Source: Bacillota bacterium (GTDB lineage: Bacteria > Bacillota > GCA-003054495 > Carboxydocellales > JAJZSN01). Taken from it: 19,260 nucleotides of DNA. Where the stretch lies: NCBI GenBank assembly GCA_021849745.1, contig JAJZSN010000063.1, positions 1 to 19,260 of the forward strand. Direction: 5' to 3'. A model generated the notes under the pieces. The model did not search any database. It saw only the letters and a program-made list of their open reading frames with translations, and had not been told where the DNA came from. Both the position numbers and the translations under genes were made by a program. Each line of letters begins with the position of its first letter. Position 1 is the first letter of the stretch. Positions 8,080 through 16,367 of the stretch are shown piece after piece.

Positions 8080-9216
8080 TTATTGATTTAATTTGGTCGT
8101 ATCTTTACCGGCTAAGAGGGAATTTAACTGTTCCAACAAATTACCGCCGCCTAATAAAGATATATTACCTATTTTATCACATATTTTCTCTAAAAACTCT
8201 AATTCTTTTAGTCTATAAAGAGTTTGGTTTTCATCCATGAGTTTCGCAGTGTTCAAGAGGCTCCTGGTAGAAGCTATCTCTTCCCGACGGGTTATCAAAT
8301 TAGCTTGAGCTTTTTTTTCCGCAAGAAGTACGGTATTAAGAATTTCTTTTACATCCCCGGGTAAGATTACGTCTTTCACTCCTGCAAATAAAAACTGAAT
8401 ACCAAAATCCTCACTTTTTTCTTTTAATCTTGATAATACAAAGTTTCCTATTTCCTCTTTTATTTTTAACAATTCGTCCAGCTTTAACGAGCCTACATAT
8501 TCCCGTAAAATAAGTTGAAGAAGAATATACACTTGTTCATGGTAACCATTAATCTCGATAACTTTGAGGGGGTTAACTATTTTATAATGACAGACGAAAT
8601 TCAACCTTAACGAAACTTTATCCTCAGTCATTATTTCCTGACCGGTCATATCTATTTGATGCTGGCGTAAGTCAATAATGGTAATATTAACAGAAGTGGG
8701 GCCTTCCCAAAAATAGTATCTACCAGGTTCGAGGATCTTTTGCATAACATTATTATAATACAAAACCCCGGTTTCATAACCGGCTACTTCATAAACGCTA
8801 TAATAACCATTAAGCTCCGGGTTGTTAAATATTGAAATGTCTATCTTAGGGTTAACTTCCGGGTCATTAATATCAATGCTAATAAAATTATGCTTTTTAA
8901 GTATATTCCAATAGGCGTATTTCCCGGCAGGTAAGACTTCTTTAAAATTCCCGTCTTCGTAATGGAGGACTATTTCTGAGTCTTTTACGTCAACTAAAAT
9001 TAGTTCTTTTAATAAATTTTCATCCTGCAAAAATAAATTAATATCCTTACGAACATTAAAAGATTCGTTTATATTAAGAGGAATTATTTTATAATCAACA
9101 AAAGGGTTAAAATAATATTTGCCAGGTTTTAAACACTTTATATAGTTCCCATCTTTGAAAAGAAGTCCTCTTTCGTCGTTTTTGATTATTTTTTTAAACA
9201 TACTACCCCTCCCCAT
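8080..9216 (-). CDS. SPFH/band-7 (stomatin/flotillin-like) domain protein with no transmembrane anchor and a triplicated N-terminal motif; low GC
   Basis: SPFH core (EIMTEDKVSLRLNFVCHYKIVNP ... coiled-coil tail AEKKAQANLITRREEIASTRS). Three copies of an x-Y-x-D/N-G-N ... L-x-P-G-K/R-Y-Y-F-W motif in the first 160 aa. No hydrophobic helix. GC is about 33% against about 50% in flanking genes. The likely true start is the ATG at 9201 (AGGGG ribosome-binding site). Confidence 0.7.
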   Translation of the reverse strand: MGRGSMFKKIIKNDERGLLFKDGNYIKCLKPGKYYFNPFVDYKIIPLNINESFNVRKDINLFLQDENLLKELILVDVKDSEIVLHYEDGNFKEVLPAGKYAYWNILKKHNFISIDINDPEVNPKIDISIFNNPELNGYYSVYEVAGYETGVLYYNNVMQKILEPGRYYFWEGPTSVNITIIDLRQHQIDMTGQEIMTEDKVSLRLNFVCHYKIVNPLKVIEINGYHEQVYILLQLILREYVGSLKLDELLKIKEEIGNFVLSRLKEKSEDFGIQFLFAGVKDVILPGDVKEILNTVLLAEKKAQANLITRREEIASTRSLLNTAKLMDENQTLYRLKELEFLEKICDKIGNISLLGGGNLLEQLNSLLAGKDTTKLNQ

Positions 9217-9465
9217 AATAAGTAGTTTGGCGCCCTTTTAAGAGAATCCTCTCTGAGATATTTGCGGAGCAGGGCTTGAGGAAAAGATGCCTTTAGTTAT
9301 TTACCCTATAACAAAAATCTAACTAAAAAAGCTTAGTTTTCTGTTAATAGTCATAAATGAAGAAAGTACTCCTAACCGGTATCCGCCCTGCTTCAGGGCA
9401 ACTACCCCAGTTTGATACAACAAAGCTGTATCAACGAGGATTCTAAAAAAAGGACTGTGAGTTTT

Positions 9466-9547
9466 ACATCCTCGATTAACAGTCGAGTGCTCTACCATTG
9501 AGCTAATCGCAGTGGAAGTGCGATAGGGGATTCGAACCCCTGCATCC
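9466..9547 (-). tRNA. tRNA-Asn(GUU)-derived sequence in a permuted, non-functional arrangement: a 3' portion (variable loop, T-arm, acceptor 3' strand, CCA; 9547 down to 9513) lies directly upstream of a 5' portion (acceptor 5' strand, D-arm, anticodon arm; 9512 down to 9466)
   Basis: Minus strand reads GGATGC-AGGGG-TTCGAAT-CCCCT-ATCGCAC-T-TCCA, then CTGCGAT-TA-GCTC-AATGGTA-GAGC-A-CTCGA-CTGTTAA-TCGAG-GATGT, then non-tRNA sequence. The anticodon loop CUGUUAA (GUU) and the D-arm are canonical. No contiguous cloverleaf can be folded. Confidence 0.5.
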
Positions 9548-9784
9548 CGGTGAACTTATGCCATTATGCCTCCAGCATACTTTTTACATACTAGGTAAAA
9601 AGCACTGTGAGATTATTGGGAAATCTCTACATAGGAGGAAAAACAACAAAAAGCTCAATTTCATAGTATCAGATAGTAACTGCAAGTGTCAATTGATAGA
9701 ATTCCGGGGAATTAACATGCCAAGAATACGCTAAACTGCCAACACTATTAACATAACTAAAGCGGATAACACAAACTTTATTTA

Positions 9785-9793
9785 TGGTATAAT
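9785..9793 (+). promoter_or_regulatory. putative extended -10 promoter element (TGgTATAAT) upstream of the molybdoenzyme gene
   Basis: TG at 9785-9786 and TATAAT at 9788-9793, about 40 nt upstream of the ATG at 9833. The AAGGAGG ribosome-binding site is at 9816-9822. Confidence 0.3.
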
Positions 9794-9832
9794 TAATTAT
9801 TAATTCTAGTCATATTCAAGGAGGACTTTAGC

Positions 9833-11851
9833 ATGACATATACGGTAAACTCTGCCTGTCCCCTGGATTGTCCCGACCGGTGCAGTTTTGTGGTAGAAGT
9901 AGAAAACCAACAGGTAACAAAGGTTACAGGCTCCAAGAGCCACCCTCTCACCGGCGGTTTTGTCTGCAGCAAAGCCAAGCACCAGGTAGCCAGGCAAAAC
10001 AGTCCCGACCGGGTGACCAAGCCTTTAATCAAAAGAAACGGCGCCTGGCAGCCCACCGACTGGGAAACAGCTTACAGCCTCATTAAGGAGAAGCTAACCG
10101 GTATCCTGGAGAACCACGGCCCCAAGGCCATTCTCCACTTTTCCGGCGGTGGCTCGGAAGGGCTGTTGCAGAGCTTTGACCAACGCTTCTTCAATGTTCT
10201 AGGCGGGCCCACCAGGCCCAGCGGCTGCGTTTGCTGGGGCAGCGGTTTGCGGGCCCAAGAATATGATTTCGGGGCAGTGTATTTCCACAGTTGGTCAGAC
10301 CTGGTCAATGCCCGGACCATAATCCTTTGGGGGAGAGACCCCATGGTGACCAACCTGCATATTGTCCCTTTTATCAAAGAGGCCAAGGCCAAGGGAGCTA
10401 AGGTGGTGGTCATCAATCCCCTGGAAGTGGAATCGGTGCAGTTGGCTGATTATCATGTGGCGCCAAGGCCGGGCACCGACGGGGCCCTGGCTATGGCCAT
10501 GGCCCATGTTTTACTGGCTGAACGGGAATTAGATATGGATTTCATCAGTGATCACGTTTATGGTTTTGAAGAGTTCGTGAAACGAGCCAAGGATTGTTCA
10601 CCCCAATGGGCCCAGGAGATAACCGGCGTACCTGCAGAAAGAATCAGGGAACTGGCTTTGCTTTACGGTAAAAATAAACCGGGGGCCATCCTTTTGGGCT
10701 ATGGCCTCCAGAGATACTCCAACGGCGGTCAGACCATCAGGGCCATCGACGCCCTGGCGGCCCTCACCGGTAATATCGGGGTGCCTGGAGGGGGTGTCAA
10801 TTACGGCCACCGGTACTGGAAAATGGTCATCAATTCCCTTGCCGGCCAGGAATTTGTCACGGAAACCAGGACCATACCCTTTGCCAAAATGGCCTCGGGT
10901 ATTGCGGCGGCCCAAGACCCGCCCATCAAGGCTATCTTTGTAAGCAAGTTCAATCCTATAACCCAGCTGCCTGACAGCAACCTCCTTAAACAGGCTTTTC
11001 GAGGGGTAGAATTCAAAGTGGTGCTGGACTTTTTCCTCAATGATTCGGCGGAGGAGGCCGACCTGTTCCTGCCGGTGGCCACCAGCTTTGAGCAATCGGA
11101 CATCATCCTTAATTCCTGGAATGAATACGGCCTTTATGCAGAGCAAGCCATCCCGCCCCGGGGGGAGGCCAAAACCGAACTGGAGATTTTCAGCAGGTTG
11201 GCTGGGGAATTTGGGTTGCAGGACAAATTCGGCACTTATTCCAGGGAGGAATGGCTGCAGCTGGCCATAGAACCTTTGCGAGAATTGGGGATTAACCTGG
11301 AGACCTTTAAGGGCGGCCCTGTCCGCTGCCCCATCTTTGAGCAGGTGGCCTGGGAGGACCGGAAGTTCGCCACCCCTTCAGGGAAATATGAACTCTTTTC
11401 GGCAGGGGCCGCTGAAGAAACGGGAGATCCTCTCCCCGGTTACGGGGCCTTAGGCCCCCTCGGGGATGAAGAATTGGCCCGGGAGTATCCTTTGCAGTTA
11501 ATGACACCCCATCCCAAATTTAGCCTGCACTCATCTTTCTTCACTCCGGATTTGCAGGATTTGCCCAACCACCCTATACTCCGGCTGCACCCCGATGAAG
11601 GTAAAGGCCGTTATCTGGCCAAGGGAGATCGGGCCATAGTGGAAACCTCGGTGGGGGAAATGATGGCCGTAGTGGAATTAACCGCAGGGGTGCGGCCCGG
11701 TATGGCGGTAATCCTTGAAGGAAGCTGGATAAAGGACGGTGGAGGAGTGAACCGGCTGATATCCCAAGTAGAAGCGGATATGGGGGGCGGCACTGCTTAT
11801 TACGACTGCCGCTGCCAGGTGCGAAAGTATAATATTGATAGTATTGAGTAG
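9833..11851 (+). CDS. molybdopterin-dependent oxidoreductase (DMSO-reductase superfamily, DmsA-type N-terminal [4Fe-4S] motif), cytoplasmic
   Basis: N-terminal C-x3-C-x3-C ... C (ACPLDCPDRCS ... FVCSKAKH) as in type II DMSO-reductase-family catalytic subunits. Molybdopterin-binding domains follow over 672 aa. There is no twin-arginine signal. Strong ribosome-binding site. Confidence 0.8.
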   Translation: MTYTVNSACPLDCPDRCSFVVEVENQQVTKVTGSKSHPLTGGFVCSKAKHQVARQNSPDRVTKPLIKRNGAWQPTDWETAYSLIKEKLTGILENHGPKAILHFSGGGSEGLLQSFDQRFFNVLGGPTRPSGCVCWGSGLRAQEYDFGAVYFHSWSDLVNARTIILWGRDPMVTNLHIVPFIKEAKAKGAKVVVINPLEVESVQLADYHVAPRPGTDGALAMAMAHVLLAERELDMDFISDHVYGFEEFVKRAKDCSPQWAQEITGVPAERIRELALLYGKNKPGAILLGYGLQRYSNGGQTIRAIDALAALTGNIGVPGGGVNYGHRYWKMVINSLAGQEFVTETRTIPFAKMASGIAAAQDPPIKAIFVSKFNPITQLPDSNLLKQAFRGVEFKVVLDFFLNDSAEEADLFLPVATSFEQSDIILNSWNEYGLYAEQAIPPRGEAKTELEIFSRLAGEFGLQDKFGTYSREEWLQLAIEPLRELGINLETFKGGPVRCPIFEQVAWEDRKFATPSGKYELFSAGAAEETGDPLPGYGALGPLGDEELAREYPLQLMTPHPKFSLHSSFFTPDLQDLPNHPILRLHPDEGKGRYLAKGDRAIVETSVGEMMAVVELTAGVRPGMAVILEGSWIKDGGGVNRLISQVEADMGGGTAYYDCRCQVRKYNIDSIE

Positions 11852-11859
11852 ACAGCTAC

Positions 11860-13098
11860 TCACTCCCCACCAGCCACTTGTTCCCCGGCCACAGTGAGCC
11901 TAAAAAGCGGTACCGTAAGCAGCATGCCGGCGAAAAACAGCATACCGGCTACCTCATACATGGCAGCCAGGGAAAACTGAACCTTTAACCAGCCGGCCAA
12001 GCTCATGGTAATTACCATTGCTCCCATGAACATCGGGTTTAGTACCCCGTTGACCCGTCCGACAAACTCCTCTTCCGATGTGTGGAGAATTAACGTGGTT
12101 ACTCCGATATGGATAAAAGGGAAACAGAGCCCGCTGAGAAACTGCATCGATAAGGTTAGGATGAGACTGCTGGACAAACCGATACCCACAACCGACAAGG
12201 CACTGACCAATAATCCAATAGCCAGGAGCTTCTGGGGGGAAATTTTTTTGGCCAGACCCATAACCACGCCGCCACCCATCAGCATGGCCGCACCATTGAC
12301 CATCAAAAGCCACTGGACACTTTCTTTGGGCAAACCGAGCCTTTCCATAACGATATAAACGCCTAAGGGTTGGATTAACCCAACTGCCAGGCCGGAAACC
12401 ACGAATATCCCACCGAGGCTTTTCAACACTTTCCTCGACCATACAAAACGAAGGCCGTCCGCCATTTCTCGCCAGAAATTTGCTTCCGGTTTTTCTTTGA
12501 CCACTGTTTGATCAGGAGGTAAGTAAGCAAGGACTACAGCCGAGAGCAGAAAGGCCACTCCCGTTACGCCAATGGCGATATGGATACCAAAGGTCTTATA
12601 GATAAAGGTTCCCAGGGCCGGGCCGAGAACCATGAAGATAGCCATCAGGGTCTGGAACATGGCCATCCCCTTTTGTAACTGCTCCCCCGGCAGGTGGATT
12701 TTAAACAGCTTCAAGGCAGAGGGGTGGGAGAATTGGGAAAGAATAGCGGAAATCAGGGTGACGAAAAATACCGCCTCCCATTGGCCGAAGACTATGGTTA
12801 ACAACACAATAAACACCGACATGGCGCTCAATAAATCACACCAGACCATGGTTCGCTTCGGACGCCAACGGTCGGCATAGGTTCCCCCGATGAAAGAAAA
12901 CACAAAGATAGGGGCAAATTCAGCTACGGAAATAAGGGAAACCATCAAGGGATCATTACCCGTTTGCTCCATGACAAACAATAGAATGGCAAAGTTACGC
13001 ACCCATATCCCCATTTGTAAAAAAACATTTGACAGGACAATGGCCTGAATAAACCGGTTACGAAAAAAACCTGCCGTGGCAGAAGATAAATCCGACAT
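11860..13098 (-). CDS. MFS transporter (12 predicted transmembrane helices)
   Basis: Start moved to the internal ATG at 13096-13098 (MSDLSSATAGFFRNRF...), which has GAGGAGAAAGG 5 nt upstream. The 13215 start of the ORF track would add an implausible extension that runs into the repeat element. The protein is hydrophobic throughout. Confidence 0.75.
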   Translation of the reverse strand: MSDLSSATAGFFRNRFIQAIVLSNVFLQMGIWVRNFAILLFVMEQTGNDPLMVSLISVAEFAPIFVFSFIGGTYADRWRPKRTMVWCDLLSAMSVFIVLLTIVFGQWEAVFFVTLISAILSQFSHPSALKLFKIHLPGEQLQKGMAMFQTLMAIFMVLGPALGTFIYKTFGIHIAIGVTGVAFLLSAVVLAYLPPDQTVVKEKPEANFWREMADGLRFVWSRKVLKSLGGIFVVSGLAVGLIQPLGVYIVMERLGLPKESVQWLLMVNGAAMLMGGGVVMGLAKKISPQKLLAIGLLVSALSVVGIGLSSSLILTLSMQFLSGLCFPFIHIGVTTLILHTSEEEFVGRVNGVLNPMFMGAMVITMSLAGWLKVQFSLAAMYEVAGMLFFAGMLLTVPLFRLTVAGEQVAGGE

Positions 13099-13170
13099 TC
13101 CTTTCTCCTCTCTGGTACCCCCTTTTTCGAGATTTCCAAGCCATGAGTATAGTTCCGCAGAAATAAAATA

Positions 13171-13345
13171 TATAGCAAAAGGGGATTCGGAGGAGTAAAT
13201 AAATATAAAAGGCAACCACGGAGCGCACGGAGAACACAGAGAAAAAATTTATATATGGCTTTATATACTAAGAGTCTAAGGACTAGCTCCCATAATGGCG
13301 GCCTATAAACCTCTGCACTCTGGTCACGGGCCACTAAATTTTTTT
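13171..13345 (+). repeat. MITE-like palindromic intergenic repeat, copy B (full-length left inverted repeat AAATATAAAAGGCAACCACGGAGCGCACGGAGAACACAGAG, degenerate right repeat, T-run)
   Basis: Aligns along its whole length with 1301-1467. It sits between the MFS start and the glnS stop. Confidence 0.65.
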
Positions 13346-13376
13346 GAATTGCAGCTTTGCTGCGCTGTGACTGTGG

Positions 13377-15035
13377 TTAATCTTTTATTTTAAAAGAACT
13401 CTTTAAAGACACTATTAAGTTAAAGACCGGCTTTTCCTGGGTTGAAAGCTTGGGATCCACATTAAAGTAACCGTGTCTGAAAAACTGGAACTTGTCCTGG
13501 GGTTTGGCTTCCTTCATATTAGGCTCCACAAAACCCTGGAGAATTTCTAAGGAATTGGGGTTAAGGTTATCCAGGAAGTTTTCCCCTTCCTCTTTATCTT
13601 CATCCAAAATCAGCGGTTCATAAAGCCTGAATTCGGCCGGCAGAGCCTGGCCGGCCTCTACCCAGTGGATGGTTCCTTTAACCTTTCTCTCAGTAAAGTC
13701 GCTGCCGCTTTTGGTGGCCGGGTCGTAGGTGCAGCGGATCTCAACCACATTCCCTGCTGCGTCTTTAATCACTTCATTGCACTTAATAAAGTAGGCATGC
13801 TTTAATCTAACTTCATTCCCCGGAAATAACCGGTGATATTTGGGGGGCGGATTTTCTACGAAGTCATCCTGTTCAACATAGATTTCCCGGGAGAAGGGGA
13901 TCTGCCGTATACCCATTTCCGGATTCTCCGGGTTAATCTCCGCCTCCAGCCATTCTACCTGGCCTTCCGGGTAATTGGTAATGACCACTTTCAGGGGCCT
14001 GACAACACCCATGGTTCTTGGGGCCTTTAGTTTCAGGTCTTCCCTGGCAAAGTGATCCAGCATCTGGGCATCCACGATGCTGTTGCTTTTGGCAACCCCG
14101 ATTTCCCGCACGAAGTTGCGGATGGCTTCCGGGGTATAGCCCCTTCTTCTTAAGCCGGAGACGGTAGGCATGCGGGGGTCGTCCCACCCGTCTACCACCT
14201 TCTCATCCACCAGTAGTTTAAGATATCTTTTGCTCATGACGGTGTTGGTCATGTTTAGCCTGGCAAACTCGTATTGCCGGGGTTGGCTTTCTGTTTCACA
14301 CTCATTGATTACCCAGTCATATAAAGGCCGGTGGTCTTCAAACTCCAGGGTACAGATGGAATGGGTCACCCCTTCAACGGCATCCTCCAGGGGATGGGCA
14401 TAATCGTACATAGGATAAATACACCATTTATCTCCGGTATTATGGTGGGTAGCATGGGCAATCCGGTATAGAACGGGGTCCCGCATATTCAGGTTGGGAG
14501 AAGCCATATCAATCTTGGCCCGCAGCACCTTTTCCCCGTCTTTGAACTCCCCTTTGCGCATCCGTTCAAAGAGGTCTAAGTTTTCCTCAATGGATCTGTT
14601 CCGGTAGGGGCTTTCCTGCCCTGGCTCCTTCAGGGTTCCCCTGGTTGCTCTGATTTGTTCGGCGGATAAGTCGCAAACATAGGCTTTACCCTTTTTGATT
14701 AATTTCACCGCCCAGTTATACATCTCTTCGAAAAAGTCGGATGCAAAATACAGGCCGTCCCATTGATAACCAAGCCATTGTACATCTTCTTTAATGGCTT
14801 CGACGTACTCGGTATCTTCCTTGACAGGATTGGTATCGTCAAAACGCAGATTGGTTTTTCCGTTAAACTCATCGGCCAGGTCAAAGTTCAAGACAATGGA
14901 TTTGGCATGTCCGATATGCAGGTATCCGTTAGGTTCGGGGGGAAACCGGGTGATAATTTCCTTATGTTTGCCGGACTTTAAATCATCGATAATGATATTT
15001 CTGATGAAATTTGATTGGGTAGCTTTGTTGTCCAT
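13377..15035 (-). CDS. glnS: glutamine--tRNA ligase
   Basis: Class I motifs HIGH ([14 protein letters not shown]) and VMSKR. 552 aa with the typical GlnRS anticodon-binding beta-barrel C-terminus. AGGTGG ribosome-binding site. Confidence 0.9.
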   Translation of the reverse strand: MDNKATQSNFIRNIIIDDLKSGKHKEIITRFPPEPNGYLHIGHAKSIVLNFDLADEFNGKTNLRFDDTNPVKEDTEYVEAIKEDVQWLGYQWDGLYFASDFFEEMYNWAVKLIKKGKAYVCDLSAEQIRATRGTLKEPGQESPYRNRSIEENLDLFERMRKGEFKDGEKVLRAKIDMASPNLNMRDPVLYRIAHATHHNTGDKWCIYPMYDYAHPLEDAVEGVTHSICTLEFEDHRPLYDWVINECETESQPRQYEFARLNMTNTVMSKRYLKLLVDEKVVDGWDDPRMPTVSGLRRRGYTPEAIRNFVREIGVAKSNSIVDAQMLDHFAREDLKLKAPRTMGVVRPLKVVITNYPEGQVEWLEAEINPENPEMGIRQIPFSREIYVEQDDFVENPPPKYHRLFPGNEVRLKHAYFIKCNEVIKDAAGNVVEIRCTYDPATKSGSDFTERKVKGTIHWVEAGQALPAEFRLYEPLILDEDKEEGENFLDNLNPNSLEILQGFVEPNMKEAKPQDKFQFFRHGYFNVDPKLSTQEKPVFNLIVSLKSSFKIKD

Positions 15036-15089
15036 GAAACCACCTTTTCTGAATTATTTATATCCTTATTACTTTTTAATTGTATATAT

Positions 15090-15118
15090 ATCATAAAAAA
15101 CCTTTATTTTTTATGCAA
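15090..15118 (-). promoter_or_regulatory. putative sigma-70-like glnS promoter on the minus strand (-35 TTGCAT, 17-nt spacer, -10 TATGAT)
   Basis: Reverse complement of 15113-15118 is TTGCAT and of 15090-15095 is TATGAT, with exactly 17 nt between. The region is very AT-rich, about 55 nt upstream of the glnS ATG. Confidence 0.3.
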
Positions 15119-15202
15119 GTTTTTTAAACTTTTATCATTAAATCATCTGGTTATTATTTCCTGCCGCCATGTTATTATACCCGTAATTCAAATTTCTGCT
15201 TA

Positions 15203-15338
15203 AAAAAAGATTAGCCACGGAGAACACGGAGAGCACAGAGGTTTATACGCCGCCGTTATGGGTTGCTTCGCCCTTGAACTCTTGGTATATAAAGCCATAT
15301 ATAAATCTTTTTTCTCTGTTTTCTCCTTGTTTAATTTT
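15203..15338 (-). repeat. MITE-like palindromic intergenic repeat, copy C (inverted orientation; the 5' leader module is missing)
   Basis: The reverse complement aligns with the core and right inverted repeat of copies A and B (…CTCTGTGCTCTCCGTGTTCTCCGTGG…TTTTTTT). It lies in the divergent region between glnS and the MFS pseudogene. Confidence 0.6.
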
Positions 15339-15420
15339 TTTGTTGTAATCTAATTAGATAAGTAATATCATCATAGATAAACCTGTTATTAGGGCAACCA
15401 CTGGAGGGGGCAGAAATATA

Positions 15421-16367
15421 ATGAAAATGCATTACGCCTGGATAGTAGCCGCTGTGACCTTTTTGACTCTGCTGGTATCAGCGGGTATCCGTTCCGCATC
15501 AGGGGTACTGATTGTTCCCTTTGAGCAATACTTTGGCTGGGAGCGGACGGTGATCTCTTTTGCTTTGGCCGTCAATTTGGTCCTTTATGGCCTATTTGGT
15601 CCTTTCGCCGCTGCCTGGATGGAGCGCTATGGTACAAGACGGATTATGCTGTTTGCTCTACTCATGCTGACCATGGGAACAGGCCTGCTGATGCAGGCCT
15701 ATTACCCTATGGCGCCACAGAACCCGTTAATGAAGGCGTAAAATCCGGCCACAACCCTATCAAGCTGGCCTTTGACGGCTTGAAAACCGGAGTCAGGGCC
15801 AAAGAATTCTGGTTGCTTTCCGGCAGTTTCTTCATCTGCGGTGCTACCACCAACGGACTGATTGGAACCCATTTCATCCCTGCCGCCATGGAACAAGGGG
15901 TGAATGAAGTGGCTGCAGCGGGGATGCTGGCGAGCATAGGCGTTTTCAATATTCTTGGCACCACTATTTCGGGCTGGCTGTCCGACCGCTTTGACAACCG
16001 CTGGCTGCTTTTCTGGTACTATGGTTTCAGGGGTTTATCCCTCTTGTTTTTGCCCCACGCCCTAGGTTCCGACACGATAAGCCTGGCTATCTTTATCGTT
16101 TTCTTTGGGCTGGACTGGATTGCCACTGTACCGCCTACGGTACGCATAGCAACAGAAACCTTCGGCCAACAAGGCGGGGTAATCTTCGGCTGGATTTTTG
16201 CTATCCACCAGATTGGGTCTGCCGCCGCCGCTTTTGGCGGAGGAGTGTTGCATACCTGGCTTGGTGATTATCTGGTCAGTTTTATTTCTGCAGGAATCCT
16301 AAGTTTATTAGCCTCGGGACTGGTTATGAAAATTCGGCGACCTGGTGCTTTATCGAAAATTAGTTAA
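15421..16367 (+). pseudogene. MFS transporter (oxalate/formate-antiporter-like) disrupted by an internal deletion and frameshift
   Basis: ORF 15421-15741 encodes transmembrane helices 1-3 and then stops. A second frame, open from about 15610 and re-entering at 15780-16367, encodes a central-loop-like stretch (GLLPYGATEP…) plus six transmembrane helices. Helices 4-6, about 90 aa, are absent. Confidence 0.5.

Noticed and set aside
9464-9550. A single intact minus-strand tRNA gene
   Set aside because: I tried to fold the 87-nt span as one cloverleaf. The T-arm and 3' acceptor lie 5' of the D-arm and anticodon arm, and no complementary 5' acceptor strand exists upstream of the T-arm fragment. 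It is reported instead as a permuted or fragmented tRNA-Asn.
9689-9696. TCAATTGA palindrome upstream of the molybdoenzyme gene as a possible FNR/CRP-type operator
   Set aside because: Only 8 bp are symmetric. The flanks do not match TTGAT-N4-ATCAA or TGTGA-N6-TCACA, so it is too weak to call.
9793-11507. Multiple short ORFs on both strands inside the molybdoenzyme gene (for example 9868-10086, 10072-10416, 10598-11146)
   Set aside because: They sit inside a 672-aa ORF with a clear Fe-S motif and a strong ribosome-binding site and promoter. They are Arg/Pro-rich alternate-frame translations typical of GC-rich coding DNA.
11954-12880. ORFs 11954-12442 (-), 12005-12358 (+) and 12632-12880 (+) within the MFS transporter
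   Set aside because: They overlap the hydrophobic MFS frame, have no ribosome-binding site and no recognisable domains.
12945-13334. ORF 12945-13334 (-) and the extended MFS start at 13215
   Set aside because: Both read through the MITE-like repeat copy B. The internal ATG at 13096-13098 has a strong GAGGAG ribosome-binding site and a normal MFS N-terminus.
13833-15203. Short plus-strand ORFs inside and upstream of glnS (13833-14030, 14170-14403, 14763-15096, 15015-15203)
   Set aside because: They are antisense to a complete GlnRS with HIGH and KMSKS motifs, or lie in the extremely AT-rich promoter region. They have no ribosome-binding site.
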